Assembly: GCF_018977255.1 (NCBI RefSeq)
Contig: NW_024704742.1
Span: 135,782,001-135,846,000, forward strand
Direction: 5' to 3'
DNA from: Callorhinchus milii
Taxonomy: Eukaryota
DNA: 64,000 bases
Below the pieces are notes generated by a model. The model was not told the origin of the DNA. It did no database searches and saw nothing but the letters and a program-made list of their open reading frames with translations. This document shows, piece by piece, positions 1 to 11,186 of the stretch; position 1 is the first letter of the stretch, and each line of letters opens with the position of its first letter. Both the position numbers and the translations under genes were made by a program.

Positions 1-539
1 TGTCCGAAGGATGACACCTACAACAATGCAGCACATCTCCAACACTGCACTCTCAGCCTGGATTATGAGCCCAAGGATCTTGAAATTGATCCGCTGAAAA
101 ACATGGGCGTATGGGGAGGTTTGGGATGATGGACATGCAGATGATGGTGCATGTGAGGATGCGGGCAGCGGAGTTTTGAATGATTTGCATCTTAGTGGAG
201 TAGCAACAACAACTTGCGCTTTTCACACAAGTAACATCTCCCAGCGCTTAACAGCAGTGTGGTTTGACGTGGAGCTGGAAAGAGAGAGGTGGTGACCGAA
301 GGGATGGTCGAACTGTTTAGGTGTGATTTGAAGAGGAGGCAAGACAGGGTTAGAGCAGTGATTAAGGCAGGGAGTTCCAGAGATGTGGGGCTTAGTGGCT
401 GAAGGCACAGTTGCCAATGGTGGAGCAATATGCATAAGGGACATGCAAAGGTGGTGGAGTGGGGTGTGAGCAGATCGGAGAGGTAGGGGGGGTGCTAGTC
501 CGAGAAGCGATTTTAACTGCCTGTATTCTCACCCGTTCC

Positions 540-1870
540 ATACCCCCATCGCACTATCCGATGTGAAAGACAATATTTACTTTATACCCAAACCCCTCCA
601 GTCTGATTTCTGCCCTACTCACTGCAAAGACACAGCGCTTGTCAAAATCACAAATGATGTCCTCTCTCTAGGTGACCAGGGCTCCCTTTGGCTCCTTGTC
701 CTCCTGGACCTCTCCGCTGCAGTCGACATAGTTGATCATGCCATCCTCATCCTCCTTAGTGGGAACGAACTCGCCAGATTTGAGACTTAATCCACAAATG
801 TTTTTTCCTCCTGCCCCTACCTGGTCACTGCAGGGTACCGTACCCCAGTACGCTCCATCCTCGCCCCCCCCCCCCCCCCCACTTTTCTTATTTACATGCT
901 CTCGGCGATGTCATCCGGGCACAAGAGGTCAATATGTATGCAGATGACACCGAAATCTACATCTCCTTCTCCAGCTGCAACTCCAGATCCGCTGATGGAG
1001 TAGTCAGCGTGTTTATAGGACACCAAGACCTGGATGAGCGAAAACTTCTGGCAACTGAATGTCGACAAGACGGCAGCTGGACTCCTTGGCTCCTGTCAAA
1101 ATCTTCTCTCCTGCGGCTCTGACTTCCTCAACCTCCCCGGGCTATCCCTCAGACTCACCAATTCTGTACGTAACCTGAGCATCAGTTTCCATCCCCGCTT
1201 TCCTTCCTACTCCATGTCCGGTCTCTGATCAGGACCACTTTCCTCCACCTCCGCCACATCGCCCGCCTCCAATCGTACCTCACACCCTAAGCAGCTTAGA
1301 CCCTCGTCCACTCTTTGCCATCCCCCGCCTTCACTATTCTTCACTATTCTAATGCGCTCCTCGCCAGTCTCTCTCGGCTCCACTATCCAAAAAAACTCAG
1401 GAAATTCAGAACTGGGCTGCCCATATACTCACTATATCAGGATCACACCAGTCCATGCCAGGCTCCACTGGCTCCCTGTCACAGAACAGATCAGCTTCAA
1501 AATCCTCACACTCACCAACAAAACCCTTCACGCCCTGACACCTCCCTACCTCTCCAACCTGCTTATTCCCCAATCCATCACACGCTGCCTCTGCTCGGCT
1601 AGGTCCAGCCTCCTGCTTGTCCCTCATCCCCTCCGCTCCATCGGCGGCCGGGCTTTCAGCCACTTCATTGCAATGCTTTGGAACTCTCACTCTATCCCTC
1701 CGCCTTGCCGCCTTCTTACCCATCTTCAGATAATGCCTGAAGAACTGCCTCTTCAAGCGTGTTTATGGTCACCTTCCTCCTCCCCCAGCTCGGCATCATG
1801 CTCCAGAACTTTCAAACCATCTGAGACGCTGCCCCACGTGAAGGCCGCCATATAAATGCCAAGTTGTTGT
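540..1870 (+). mobile_element. Degenerate L2 LINE
   Basis: TALVKITND, LLDLSAA, YADDT, LHWLPV..ISFKIL fragments with many disablements. Confidence 0.88.
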
Positions 1871-2875
1871 GATGGGGGTGCGGAGCCTGGTTCGGGTGAG
1901 GACACAAGTGGCAGAGTTTCATATCATTTGGACCTTGTTTATAGTGGAGCTAGGAGACCATTAAGGAGAGTATTGGAAAAATCGAGGTGTGAGATGACGA
2001 AGGTGTGAATGAGTGTTTCAACAACATTGAGGAGTGTGAGGGTTTGGGCAATATAGTGCAAGTAAAGTCATCTTGGTGCGGGACTGGATGGGAAGTAAAA
2101 GGGAAAGCTGGGGATTTAATTGAATGTTAAGGTCGGGGAATATGAGAAAAATTTCACAGTATATATGGGAAGATGCACCCTGCTTATCTAATTCTGAGAG
2201 TATTAAGTGCAGGTTGGCGAGAGCCAAGGAGACTTCCTTCACTTTTCCAATAGCCCTGCAGGATGTTTAACCTGAATAGGCAGATGGGACCTTGGTTTAA
2301 CATCTCATCAAAAGGATGACACCTCCAATGGTGAAGGCTCCTCCAACTCTGCATTTGAGGGTCAGCCAGACTATAAGCCCTGATGCGGAGCTTGAACTCA
2401 CAACCTTCTGACTCTAAGGCGAGACAGTGACCGAATGGGCCAGGCTGACACCTAAATAATAATAATCCTTGCTTTTGATATGATAGTAATAACCCTCGCA
2501 TTTGTTATAGTGCCGTATCATGGCATTGCGACGCCTCAAACCGCTTCACAGAATATACTGTAAAGCGAATTTACATACACTTTGTGGGCGAAACGTTGCA
2601 GCCAATTGCGTACAGCAGTGTCCCACAAACAGTCGTTGATTGAGCGCCCAAATTATTCCTTTTTCTGGATGATTATTACCTCCGGAAAGCGATCCGCCAA
2701 TCGACTAACAATCAGGTTCCCACTTACTGCTCAGTAACAGAGGTGTGTGGAGTGAGGAAACTTCTGTAAGATTCCCCCACGCCTGGGAATGGTACCCGGG
2801 TCCTCTTACTTGCGAGGCGGGTGCTCAAGGTCTCCTCAGTCACCCGTTATAATCTGGCTAAATCGTGTCTCGCAG

Positions 2876-3038
2876 ATGAAATTGGCCTATAACCACGCTC
2901 AGATGGGGTGCCTCGACGGCAGGCCGTCCAACCTCAGGGAGTTGTCGTCACACGAGAGGAGGATCCTGGAGATGTTCGGGCCTGAGCCTGTGATGGGTGT
3001 GGGGGAGTGGAGCGTCGAGCTGGAGGAGGACCAATCTG
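2876..3038 (+). CDS. Myb/SANT-like paralog A, exon 2 (MKLAYNHAQMGCLDGRPSNLRELSSHERRILEMFGPEPVMGVGEWSVELEEDQS); exon 1 not in window
   Basis: TCTCGCAG acceptor, TG|GTACGG donor, same 163-bp length and phases as paralog B exon 2. Confidence 0.87.
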
Positions 3039-3085
3039 GTACGGTCAACGCAGATACTCACTTGTACACTGGATAACAGCGTAAC

Positions 3086-3445
3086 CCCACGCCCGCACAC
3101 CAGATACACAGGACCCGTACACCCGCACACCAGATACACAGCGCCCCCACACCCGCACACCAGATACACAGCGCCCCCACACCCGCACACCAGATACACA
3201 GCGCCCCCACACCCGCACACCAGATACACAGCGCCCCCACACCCGCACACCAGATACACAGCGCCCCCACACCCGCACACCAGATACACAGCGCCCCCAC
3301 GCCCGCACACCAGATACACAGCGCCCCCACACCCGCACACCAGATACACAGCGCCCCCACGCCCGCACACCAGATACACAGCGCCCCCACACCAGGTAAC
3401 ATAGCGCCCCCACACCCGATAACAGAGCGCCCGCACACCAGGTAA
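3086..3445 (+). repeat. 30-bp minisatellite (CCCGCACACCAGATACACAGCGCCCCCACA), ~10 near-perfect copies plus degenerate ends
   Basis: Head-to-tail repeats without spacers, in paralog A intron 2. Confidence 0.97.
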
Positions 3446-3568
3446 AAGCGTGGCCCCCGCACTCGTGCCCCGTTAACCACGCGCCACATAACCGCGTGTC
3501 CCCTTACCCGCTGCTTGGCCTGGCACAGACACACAGCCGTTTGTGTGGCCAACAGTGCAGGTGTGGAG

Positions 3569-3748
3569 GTGTGCACGGGGGGGGGGTTCTCGAGCTCTGT
3601 ACAGTGGTGAGCAGAGCAGGTGTGCACAGGGTGGGGGGGGGCTCGAGCTCTGTACAGTGGTGAGCAGGGCAGGTGTGCACAGGGTGGGGGGGGGTCTCGA
3701 GCTCTGTACAGTGGTGAGCAGAGCAGGTGTGCACAGGAGGGGGGGGGG
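3569..3748 (+). repeat. ~52-bp tandem repeat x3 (GTGTGCACAGG(G)nCTCGAGCTCTGTACAGTGGTGAGCAGAGCAG)
   Basis: Direct inspection. Confidence 0.9.
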
Positions 3749-3919
3749 TAAAGTGCTGCAACTCACAACGTGCGACGACCGTTGACGTGAGGCCGGTGCG
3801 TGCTGGCGGTTGACGTCGCGCGAGGCCGGTGCGTGCTGACGCTTGACGGCGCGTCCTCGGCGGTTGACGTTGCCAGGGTAACCGTGTCCACTCTCCCCCC
3901 CCCCCCTACCCCCCGACAG

Positions 3920-5049
3920 AGCTGCAGGCCGCGGCGGCGCAGCAGGGCGAGGAGGCCCGGGGCGGCGGCGGCGAGGAGGAGCCGCAGGAGGGGAGCGAGC
4001 CCTTCCCCACGGCTGGCCCGAGGCCGGCCTCGCACCCGGGCTCCATGTACTCGCGGGCCCGCACGGCGGGCGGCGGGGTGACGGGGGCCTGGGTGCGGGC
4101 CGGCGGCGGCGGCGGCGGGGTGTCGGTGTGGCACTCGGGCGGCGAGGAGGACGAGGAGGAGATGGGGGGAGTTGGCGGCCTGGTCGGCGTCGTGGGGGAG
4201 GAGGAAGGCGAGGACCTGGAGGGCGGCGAGCCGCACCCGCTGCCGGGGCAGCCGGTCAGGAGGCTGGGGAGCAGCCGGGCCCAGGCCAGGGCCTTGCCGG
4301 TGAGGCTGTCCGCGGGCCGGGCGGGGGCGGGGGTGGGAGCCGGGGCCGGGGCCGAGGAGCGGGGAGTGGGGCCCGTGTTCAGGCGCCAAATGCTCCGTCA
4401 GGGCGACGACACGGTGCAGCTGCTGATCGACATGAACGCGGCGGTGCGGAGCGGCCTGGCCCCGGTCCAGCGCTGCGCCGAGCAGCTGCCCGAGGCCCTG
4501 GGGGAGCTGCGGCAGGACCTGGTGGAGGAGATGAGCCTCCTGAGGGACGAGATGCGCTGCGGCTGCTCGGACACCGAGTCCCAGGCCGCTCACCCTCACC
4601 CTCCGGTCCCACCCCAGCCCACCCCAGCCCCGGGCCTCGACACCCAGGCTCTGCTCCAGGCCGTGGACAAGGCCATCGCCTCGGCCGCCGGTACGCTAAG
4701 CGCCGGGATCTCCCAGGCCCTGTCCGGCGGCTTCGCGGCGCTGGGCCGGCAGGTGGAGAGCTCCATGGCGGCGGGGTTCCGGCTGGTGGCCGAGGCCGCA
4801 GCCACCATCACCCTCCCTCCTCCTCCTCCTCCTCCCGCCGCCGCCGCCGCCGCCTGGCGTGGGGTGGAAGCCGGGGAGGAGGTGACTCAGAGCCGGGAAG
4901 CCTCCCCGCCGAGCCCCGGCCTCTCCCCGGTTACCTGGCACCAGCCCTCGGGAAGCTCGCGGAGAGGCAAGAGGAAAGAGCCGCCCACCCGCAGGGCTTC
5001 CAACAACCGCACAGCCTCGGGCAAGAGGCAGCACAGAGGTGATACATAG
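3920..5049 (+). CDS. Myb/SANT-like paralog A, exon 3 (ELQAAAAQQGEEARG...NAAVRSGLAPVQRCAEQLPEALGELRQDLVEEM...NRTASGKRQHRGDT)
   Basis: C-rich tract + GACAG acceptor, phase 1, in frame with ORF 4045..5049; start and end peptides align with paralog B exon 3. Confidence 0.85.
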
Positions 5050-5227
5050 GGACCCGCTCAGGGGGTGTCAGCCAACACCCACACGGACAGGACAGGACGG
5101 TCTGGATGGCCTCCCCCCCCTGTGCTGTAAAAGCTTCTCTCTCTCTCGGACTCTCAGGAAAGGGGAAAAAAAAGGGTGAGGGAGAGAAAGGCAGTGGATT
5201 GTAAATATTGTATCTGTAAATATTGTG

Positions 5228-5233
5228 AATAAA
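5228..5233 (+). terminator. PolyA signal AATAAA of paralog A
   Basis: AATAAA ~180 nt after the stop, preceded by two TGTAAATA and followed by T-rich sequence. Confidence 0.8.
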
Positions 5234-5438
5234 ACCAAACACTTGTTCTCACGCCGACTCCCTCCTCCTCTGGTGCTCGCACTCCCACCTCTCTTGTTTG
5301 TGGGGCACCTGCTGTGCGCCACTGTGTGTTTTAGGTACAAGGAACTACACGACGAGGTTTCCTTACCGTACAAGAAATGGCAATTGAACGCGGCTTAGTA
5401 TGTTTGAACAATTGGTTCGGCCATGCTGCAAGCCCGGG

Positions 5439-5444
5439 TTTAAT
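5439..5444 (-). terminator. Candidate POLI polyadenylation signal (ATTAAA)
   Basis: The only AATAAA/ATTAAA hexamer I found on the minus strand between the POLI stop and the convergent paralog A 3' end. Confidence 0.4.
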
Positions 5445-5922
5445 ATACACCGTATATATAAATGAAGATCAGCGGAAAGCTGCATTTAAACGCTTTCCTG
5501 AATTCCGCAGGAAATTCGATAGTAAACACAGAAGCAAAGACCAAGGGGTGTAATTCAGTTCGCTGATTAGCAGCAGAAAGACATTCCCCACCTACCGCTT
5601 AAAAGCCGCACAATGCCAACTGACTAACTTGGCCGAGAGTTGCGGGGACAAAATTGCTGCGTTTCCCAAAGTCATCTTGTTTAAGTGACGGTGTTAAGCT
5701 GTGTCGAACTCCCACGACTTCTGAGCAATGGTGGCTTTCGAACTAACTCCCGTTGCGCTGCCGTCTTGGGCTCCCAAGTCAACCGAGACCGGTTTTCATG
5801 CTCGAATAAGCCATCACTAATCCAGCATCATCTTCCAGGTTCTAGACTCTGCTGTATATGAAGAAGTCAATCCTGTTCGCGTGACAGCTCTGAGCACTGG
5901 ACTCCTGACAGCAGTTCACACT

Positions 5923-6758
5923 TCAGCTTGGTTTAAAGTACTTAAGGATCCCATGGTCCTGGCTGGACCTCCGGCCTCGCTTGACTCCTCGGCCAGATTC
6001 CCCTTTCCCACTTCTCGCTATGGGCCCTGCAGCCTGCTGCCTCCAGCCTGTCAGCAACTCCTTCTGGAGCCCGGGGGGCAGCTGTGAGAAGATCCCCGGG
6101 TCCACACCAGACGGAACCTCAACTGAGCACAGTAGGGGATCCCGGTCCTCTGAACCAGTGTGTGTCCTGGAAGGAGTGGGCTGACTTTTCTTCACCTGTG
6201 CCACTTCCCCCTGAGCTGCACTCTGCACCGAGCAGGACCTGCTCTCAGCTGGACCTGTGGGATGTGTGGAGACCTCACCCTGCTCAGGTTGTGTGAAGAG
6301 ATCACGGCAAATACCAAGCTTGCTCCTCTGGGCCCGCTCCCCACCAGCGTCAGCGAGGATTTCCATTTGGAGCTCAGTTGGAAGTTCCTTAAATACATCT
6401 GGATCAATCCCAGGCGGGAGGTCACGGTGTGATAACACCAGCTTGTTACTGCGTCCCAATGTTCCCGGAGCAAATGCCAGACGGTTCCCATTGGTGTCTC
6501 CTAAATCAGTGCTATCTCCTAAACTGGTGCCTTTTCGATTGGACACCAGCCCTCCTCTTCCTGCTGGCCCGCCCGGATTTGTGTTTTGTGTTAAGTAAAA
6601 GCTGATAGAGCCTGGGGCGGAGGCCGAGGCTACAGGCTGGGTGAGGTTGGAGAAGCAGACGCTGATTAGAGTTAGGTGGAAGCCGAGCTCAGCGTTCACC
6701 AACCTCCAGAACAGCTTCATCAGGATCTCGACCAGTGCGGACTTGGCATCGTGGCTAC
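5923..6758 (-). CDS. POLI: DNA polymerase iota terminal exon: end of little finger (ILMKLF...FHLTLISVCFSNL), UBM1 (LPPGIDPDVFKELPTELQMEIL), UBM2 (VPSGVDPGIFSQLPPGLQKELL), stop
   Basis: Acceptor CCGATAG at 6759-6760; two ubiquitin-binding motifs; the nine exons sum to 2019 nt = 672 aa + stop. Confidence 0.95.
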
Positions 6759-6764
6759 CTATCG

Positions 6765-8200
6765 GGATAAGAGAGGAGAGAGAGGGGGTGGGTCAGAGCT
6801 TGAGAGTAAACAACAGCAGAGGCTGGCGCTGTGGAAAATAAGCACGCTCGAAAAGAAATGTATTCAGGCGGGACTTGAAAAAGAAGTGGGCAAGGTGGGA
6901 GGGATTGAGGGAGAGTGTTACAGAGTTTTGGGGTGTAGTGGCTGGAAGCATGACCGGAGGGTGCGAGGGATGAGCAAGGGGCCGGTTCCAGTTGAGCGGA
7001 GACGCCGGGTGGTGGATTGGAGAGTGAGAGGTCGGAGAGGTAGTGAGGTGCCAGAGAGTGAAGGGATTTGAACACGAGAGTGAGGATCTTGAAGTCGATC
7101 CATTTGGTGATGGGAAGTCAGTGGAGTCTGGCCAGAACTGGCGAGATATTTAAGGAGTTTGGTCCGGGTCAGTATGTGGACGGCAGGGTTCTGAATGAGC
7201 TGGATCTTTTGAATAGTCGAGCTGGGGAGACCATTGAAGAGTGGGTTTGAGTATTCTAAACGGGAGGTGACAAACACATGGATTTCAGTTGCATTTGGGA
7301 TAAGTAAAATCGGAAGCGGGCAATGTGGCGGAGGTGGAAGAAGGCGTTCCTGATCAGGGACTGGATGTGGGGGAGGAAGGACAGCTGGGGTCAAACTAGA
7401 CACCCAGATTGCGCACTGGTTCGGTGAGTGTGAGGGACAGCACAGGGATGTTCAGATCCGCAGGAGTGAAGATGTTTACGGGACCCAAGGAGTATTCCGT
7501 CTTGTCCACACTCAGCTGCAGTATCAGGAGGATGTCTCAACGTGGAGTCCTGTAGCTCAGTGATTAGAGCACTCGCTTTGCAAGCGAGAGACCCGAGTTC
7601 AATTCCAGGCAGAGGGCGAAACCTTGGGCAAGTTTCCTTACTCCACACAGAGCCTAATAATAATCCCTCCAAAACCCAAAACAATAATAAATTGGTCATT
7701 TTCAATCTACGACTGTTTGTGGGACACTGCTGTGCGCAATTGGCTGCCGTGTTCGCCCACAAATATACAAGTCAATTGACTTTACAGTGTGTTCTGTGAA
7801 GCGCTTTGGGACGTCCTCCCGACGTGAAAAGCGCTATATCAAATGCAAGGATTATTATTATTATAACATGCTTCACATAACTGACTGTGTGGGGTGCTGG
7901 GGGGAGAGGTTGCAAAAGTGTATGGATCTTGAGCTGGAGAGGGATGGGCAGAGGGAATGGAGTTCGACAGAGCAGGGGAATAGCTTGTCCACGGATGGTT
8001 TAAGCAGGGGTCATGCCAGCCAGACAGCGTTTGCTGAGCAGAGAGAGCAACTGGGACAGTTTGGGTATAGGAAGTTGCAAGGGTAGAAATAGCAATGGCT
8101 GTGGAGGGCTTATGAAGGATGTTGAGTTTGATCTTCTGGAAGTTGAGAGCCAGTGGAGCTGAGATGGTCTCATGGGGCTTAGTGAGGGAGAGGACACGGA
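6765..8200 (-). mobile_element. L2 fragments filling POLI intron 8, interrupted by a SINE at 7543-7864
   Basis: FVTSRLEYSN, LIQNPAVHIL, FKSLHSLAPHYLSDL. Confidence 0.8.
7543..7864 (+). mobile_element. tRNA-headed SINE, young short subfamily
   Basis: GGAGTCCTGTAGCTCAGTG A box, GTTCAATTCC B box, L2-like 3' stem-loop, (ATT)n tail. Confidence 0.92.
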
Positions 8201-8221
8201 GCAGAGATCTGGAAGCATTAC

Positions 8222-8355
8222 CTTCGCTCAGTTTTCGTCTCAGCTGCAAGGGAACCGGACACTGGCGACTCTCCCGGTAGTTAAACCCTCTGTTGGTAGG
8301 GATACGGCGAATGGTCAGCCGTACTGTCCGTGCAGTCCGTCCAGCTCTCTGAAGC
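8222..8355 (-). CDS. POLI: DNA polymerase iota exon 8 (LQRAGRTARTVRLTIRRIPTNRGFNYRESRQCPVPLQLRRKLSE)
   Basis: Not in the ORF track; translated by hand. TVRLTIRR and RESRQCP little-finger motifs; phases 2 and 1 fit the neighbouring exons. Confidence 0.93.
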
Positions 8356-9065
8356 CTGTGGGGGTGAGATCAAAACATTAGCAGTGACTTGTGTTGACTC
8401 TTCAGTGAACGCAAGCGCCAGGCCCATATTTTTATAAAACACTAAAGAATGGCCGCCTTGTAGTCAAGACTGGATAGGCGGTTCCCTCATAATCACCTGC
8501 AGGAGTTCCCATTAGGAATTTCCAGGTTGAGAACCTGAGGATTGTCTCGCTGAAGCCCACCGCGGATCTGCCTCGATGAGGCCCACCCACCATGGAGCTG
8601 CCTCGCCGAGGCCCATCACAGAGCTGCCATACTGAGGCCCACGGTGGAGCTCACCGAGCTCATCTTAAAACCTTGGTTAGCAAGATTTGGTTAGCACTGG
8701 GAGAAATTAGAAAAAAAAAGCACTGGCAGAATTCCCGCTTTTGATTCTCATCCAGTAACCACGACCCCCACCTCTGGGAAATGCATGTGCAGATAGATAT
8801 CAGCAAGGATAAGATAAGGGCTGGGCTGTAATTACACTTTTCCTTAGCCTTCCAAAACTCATTATCTAAAATCAATCAAAAAGAATGGCCTCCTGGCTAA
8901 GATACTGAAGGAGTCTGGGACCCATAGGACTATTCTCAGCCTGAGGCCATGTCTTTAACAACAATTTAATTTTTGTATAAGGTCCTTTATGCGGGGCAGG
9001 CCAGCAGAGGTGGTGGGGGGGGGTTTGAAACTGAACACAAACATGAAGGGAAAGAGCTCACAAAC

Positions 9066-9157
9066 CTGTTGAGAAGACTCGTCAGCAGCACTTCAATTTT
9101 ACTTCTAACTTCGGCCTCTGAGGTGCATTTCCTGAAGGAATCTTCATCACTGAAGGA
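9066..9157 (-). CDS. POLI: DNA polymerase iota exon 7 (SFSDEDSFRKCTSEAEVRSKIEVLLTSLLNR)
   Basis: Matches the start of the Pol iota little finger (SFSEEDSF); canonical splice sites, 92 bp. Confidence 0.95.
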
Positions 9158-9748
9158 CTGAAGAGGAGATACCAAATAAGATAACCAAACGGTTTAGAAC
9201 AAGCCATCTTCCCCTGAGAGTCTGACTACGTTCAGCTGAAAGAGTTAAGCGGAGGTGAGAGAGCTTCACTAGGAAGAAGGAAACATTTGGATTTCTTCCA
9301 TTTCCTCCCATCTTCTGGGGCTCCACGTTTGTGGATACACTAATACCTGGTTCAAGTGGCCATTATTCAGTTGAACAGGTTTCATGCTAACCTCTGACTT
9401 TTTTGTGTCACATTAAGAAACTCATCACCGTCTTTAATAGTATCCAAACCAGCCTGAGATAACAATAAACACCCTCACAGGATCCCACTCAAATCTCTGC
9501 AAGGTTGTTTGGGATGTTTAACTATGTAAAAGATGCTATATAACTACAGGTTGTTGGTTGACTGGTGTAAAACAAGAGGAGAAATTCCACTTGTGTTGAG
9601 ACAGACTATTTACTGAGCATTTTACACAGGCAGAATTTGGCAATATTTTCCATATGGAACTGGTTTAAAAATTAAGGCTGCTTGTAATTGCCAAACAAAA
9701 TCGAGTAAATCTAGACTCAGGGGAAGCATAGCATTGAAGAAGCTTTAC

Positions 9749-9927
9749 CTGAGGTGGTCCCTTGGGAGTCACAGGAGATTTATCCTCTCCAAGGCTCAGT
9801 CTCTGGATGCGTTGAGCACCAGATGATCCCAGTTCCTTCTCCAGCACATGCAGGGGGATTGTCTGCAGACTAGACAACGTTCTGACTCCCAGAGCCTCCA
9901 GCCGCTTGGCAGTTTTATACCCAATTC
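9749..9927 (-). CDS. POLI: DNA polymerase iota exon 6 (thumb HhH GIGYKTAKRLEALG...GEDKSPVTPKGPPQ)
   Basis: GIGYKT helix-hairpin-helix; TTTCTAG acceptor, CAG|GTAAAG donor. Confidence 0.96.
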
Positions 9928-10234
9928 CTAGAAAATCCCAGACAGAAAGATTGATGGGATCAAAATCGACAGAAACAAATGAATGAGTTCAGACACAGAG
10001 TTGGTGGATGGGGGAACTTAGAATGGGAAGGTCCCGTGAGAAGCAACATGGATGATCTGTGAACCAATGTGTGAGGAGTGGTAGACACTACACCTTACAC
10101 AAAGCCTGTGAAGCGCTTTCAGATGTCTTTCCGACGTGAAAAGCACTATTGCAAATGCAAGAATGCCAGAAGTAGCAGCAGTAAATAAAAGCACTGAAGG
10201 TAAAGGATAAAAGATTAAAGCAGGGAGCTCTTAC

Positions 10235-10471
10235 CAATTAATTGCTGGGGTTGCGTAAGGCTCCTCATGAGCTGCAAGGTGCTGTCTGGAAGCAGTGTGG
10301 TTTGCTGGTTGGGTTTGAAGGTGCCGGAGACCATTTTAGCCAGCAGCTTATTGCAGGCGATTCCAGCACAGCCCGTCAGCCCCAGACGATTGTGCAACGC
10401 AGCCCGCATCTCAGCCGCAACCTGGGAGCCCAGCGCCAACCGCACCTGCTTCCCGTCGCTGGTGTCTAAAG
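10235..10471 (-). CDS. POLI: DNA polymerase iota exon 5 (RLALGSQVAAEMR...GLTGCAGIACNKLLAKMVSGTFKPNQQT)
   Basis: NKLLAK and KPNQQT motifs; canonical splice sites, 237 bp. Confidence 0.97.
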
Positions 10472-11030
10472 CTGCACAGATCAACAATGTTAACGTGCAA
10501 GAGTCGGCTCAGTCAGCCACAGTCTCGCCCCTGTGTCCAAGTCCCAACATCAGGGGGAGGCGCCCAAGCTGTCTGGATAACATTGGGAAAAAGCCACACT
10601 ATTGGGGAAGGCTATCCGCAAAAGTGTGAGACACTAAACCTAGTCTTGATATCAACACGGCAAGGAGGAGGATGGAGAAGGCTAATGAATAGGAAAGGTC
10701 AGAGAAGCAAGGATCCAAGATTACAGCAGAGAAAGTCGAGGGAGAGGGGAGAGAAAGGCAATTTGGAAAGAGAGGGGAGTGTTTTGGAATGAGAAGTCAA
10801 TTTTGAATGAAAGGCAATGTAGTTTAGCAAGAGAGGTGGTTCAGAAACAGAGAGAGACTATTTGGAAAAAGGATGTGTTTTGGAAAGAGATGATTTGGAG
10901 AGAGAGAGAGGATTTAGAGAGACAATTTGGGAAGAGCAGTTGGAGACGAGAGGATGTCTACTTTCCTCGGCATTACGGTGACCCATCTTGGAATTTTCGC
11001 CTGCCAATGTTCTGTAAGTGGAGCGCCTAC

Positions 11031-11186
11031 CCTGGTTGTTGTAGATGTGACCAGATACATAGATCTCTGTGGGGTCTCTGCCACCTCCTATCTGTCCCAG
11101 TCTCTTCTCCACCAATTTAGTTGCATCAATAAAGTTCTCATCAAAGCCAAGTCTCTCCACGAGCGGACTGAACTCCTCCAGTAATT
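11031..11186 (-). CDS. POLI: DNA polymerase iota exon 4 (LLEEFSPLVERLGFDENFID...SGHIYNNQ; catalytic DE)
   Basis: ERLGFDENF motif characteristic of Pol iota; canonical splice sites. Confidence 0.97.

Noticed and set aside
2876..2878. ATG as the start codon of paralog A
   Set aside because: It directly follows a good acceptor and aligns with internal Leu (CTT) of paralog B exon 2; the true first exon probably lies left of the window
3086..3445. 30-bp repeats resembling a CRISPR array or a repeat protein
   Set aside because: No unique spacers, no cas genes, eukaryotic intron; a plain minisatellite
3763..5042. Overlapping alternative-frame and antisense ORFs over the Myb exon 3 regions (also 16325..17674, 16897..17694)
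   Set aside because: Shadow ORFs expected from very high GC; only one frame is splice-compatible and conserved between paralogs
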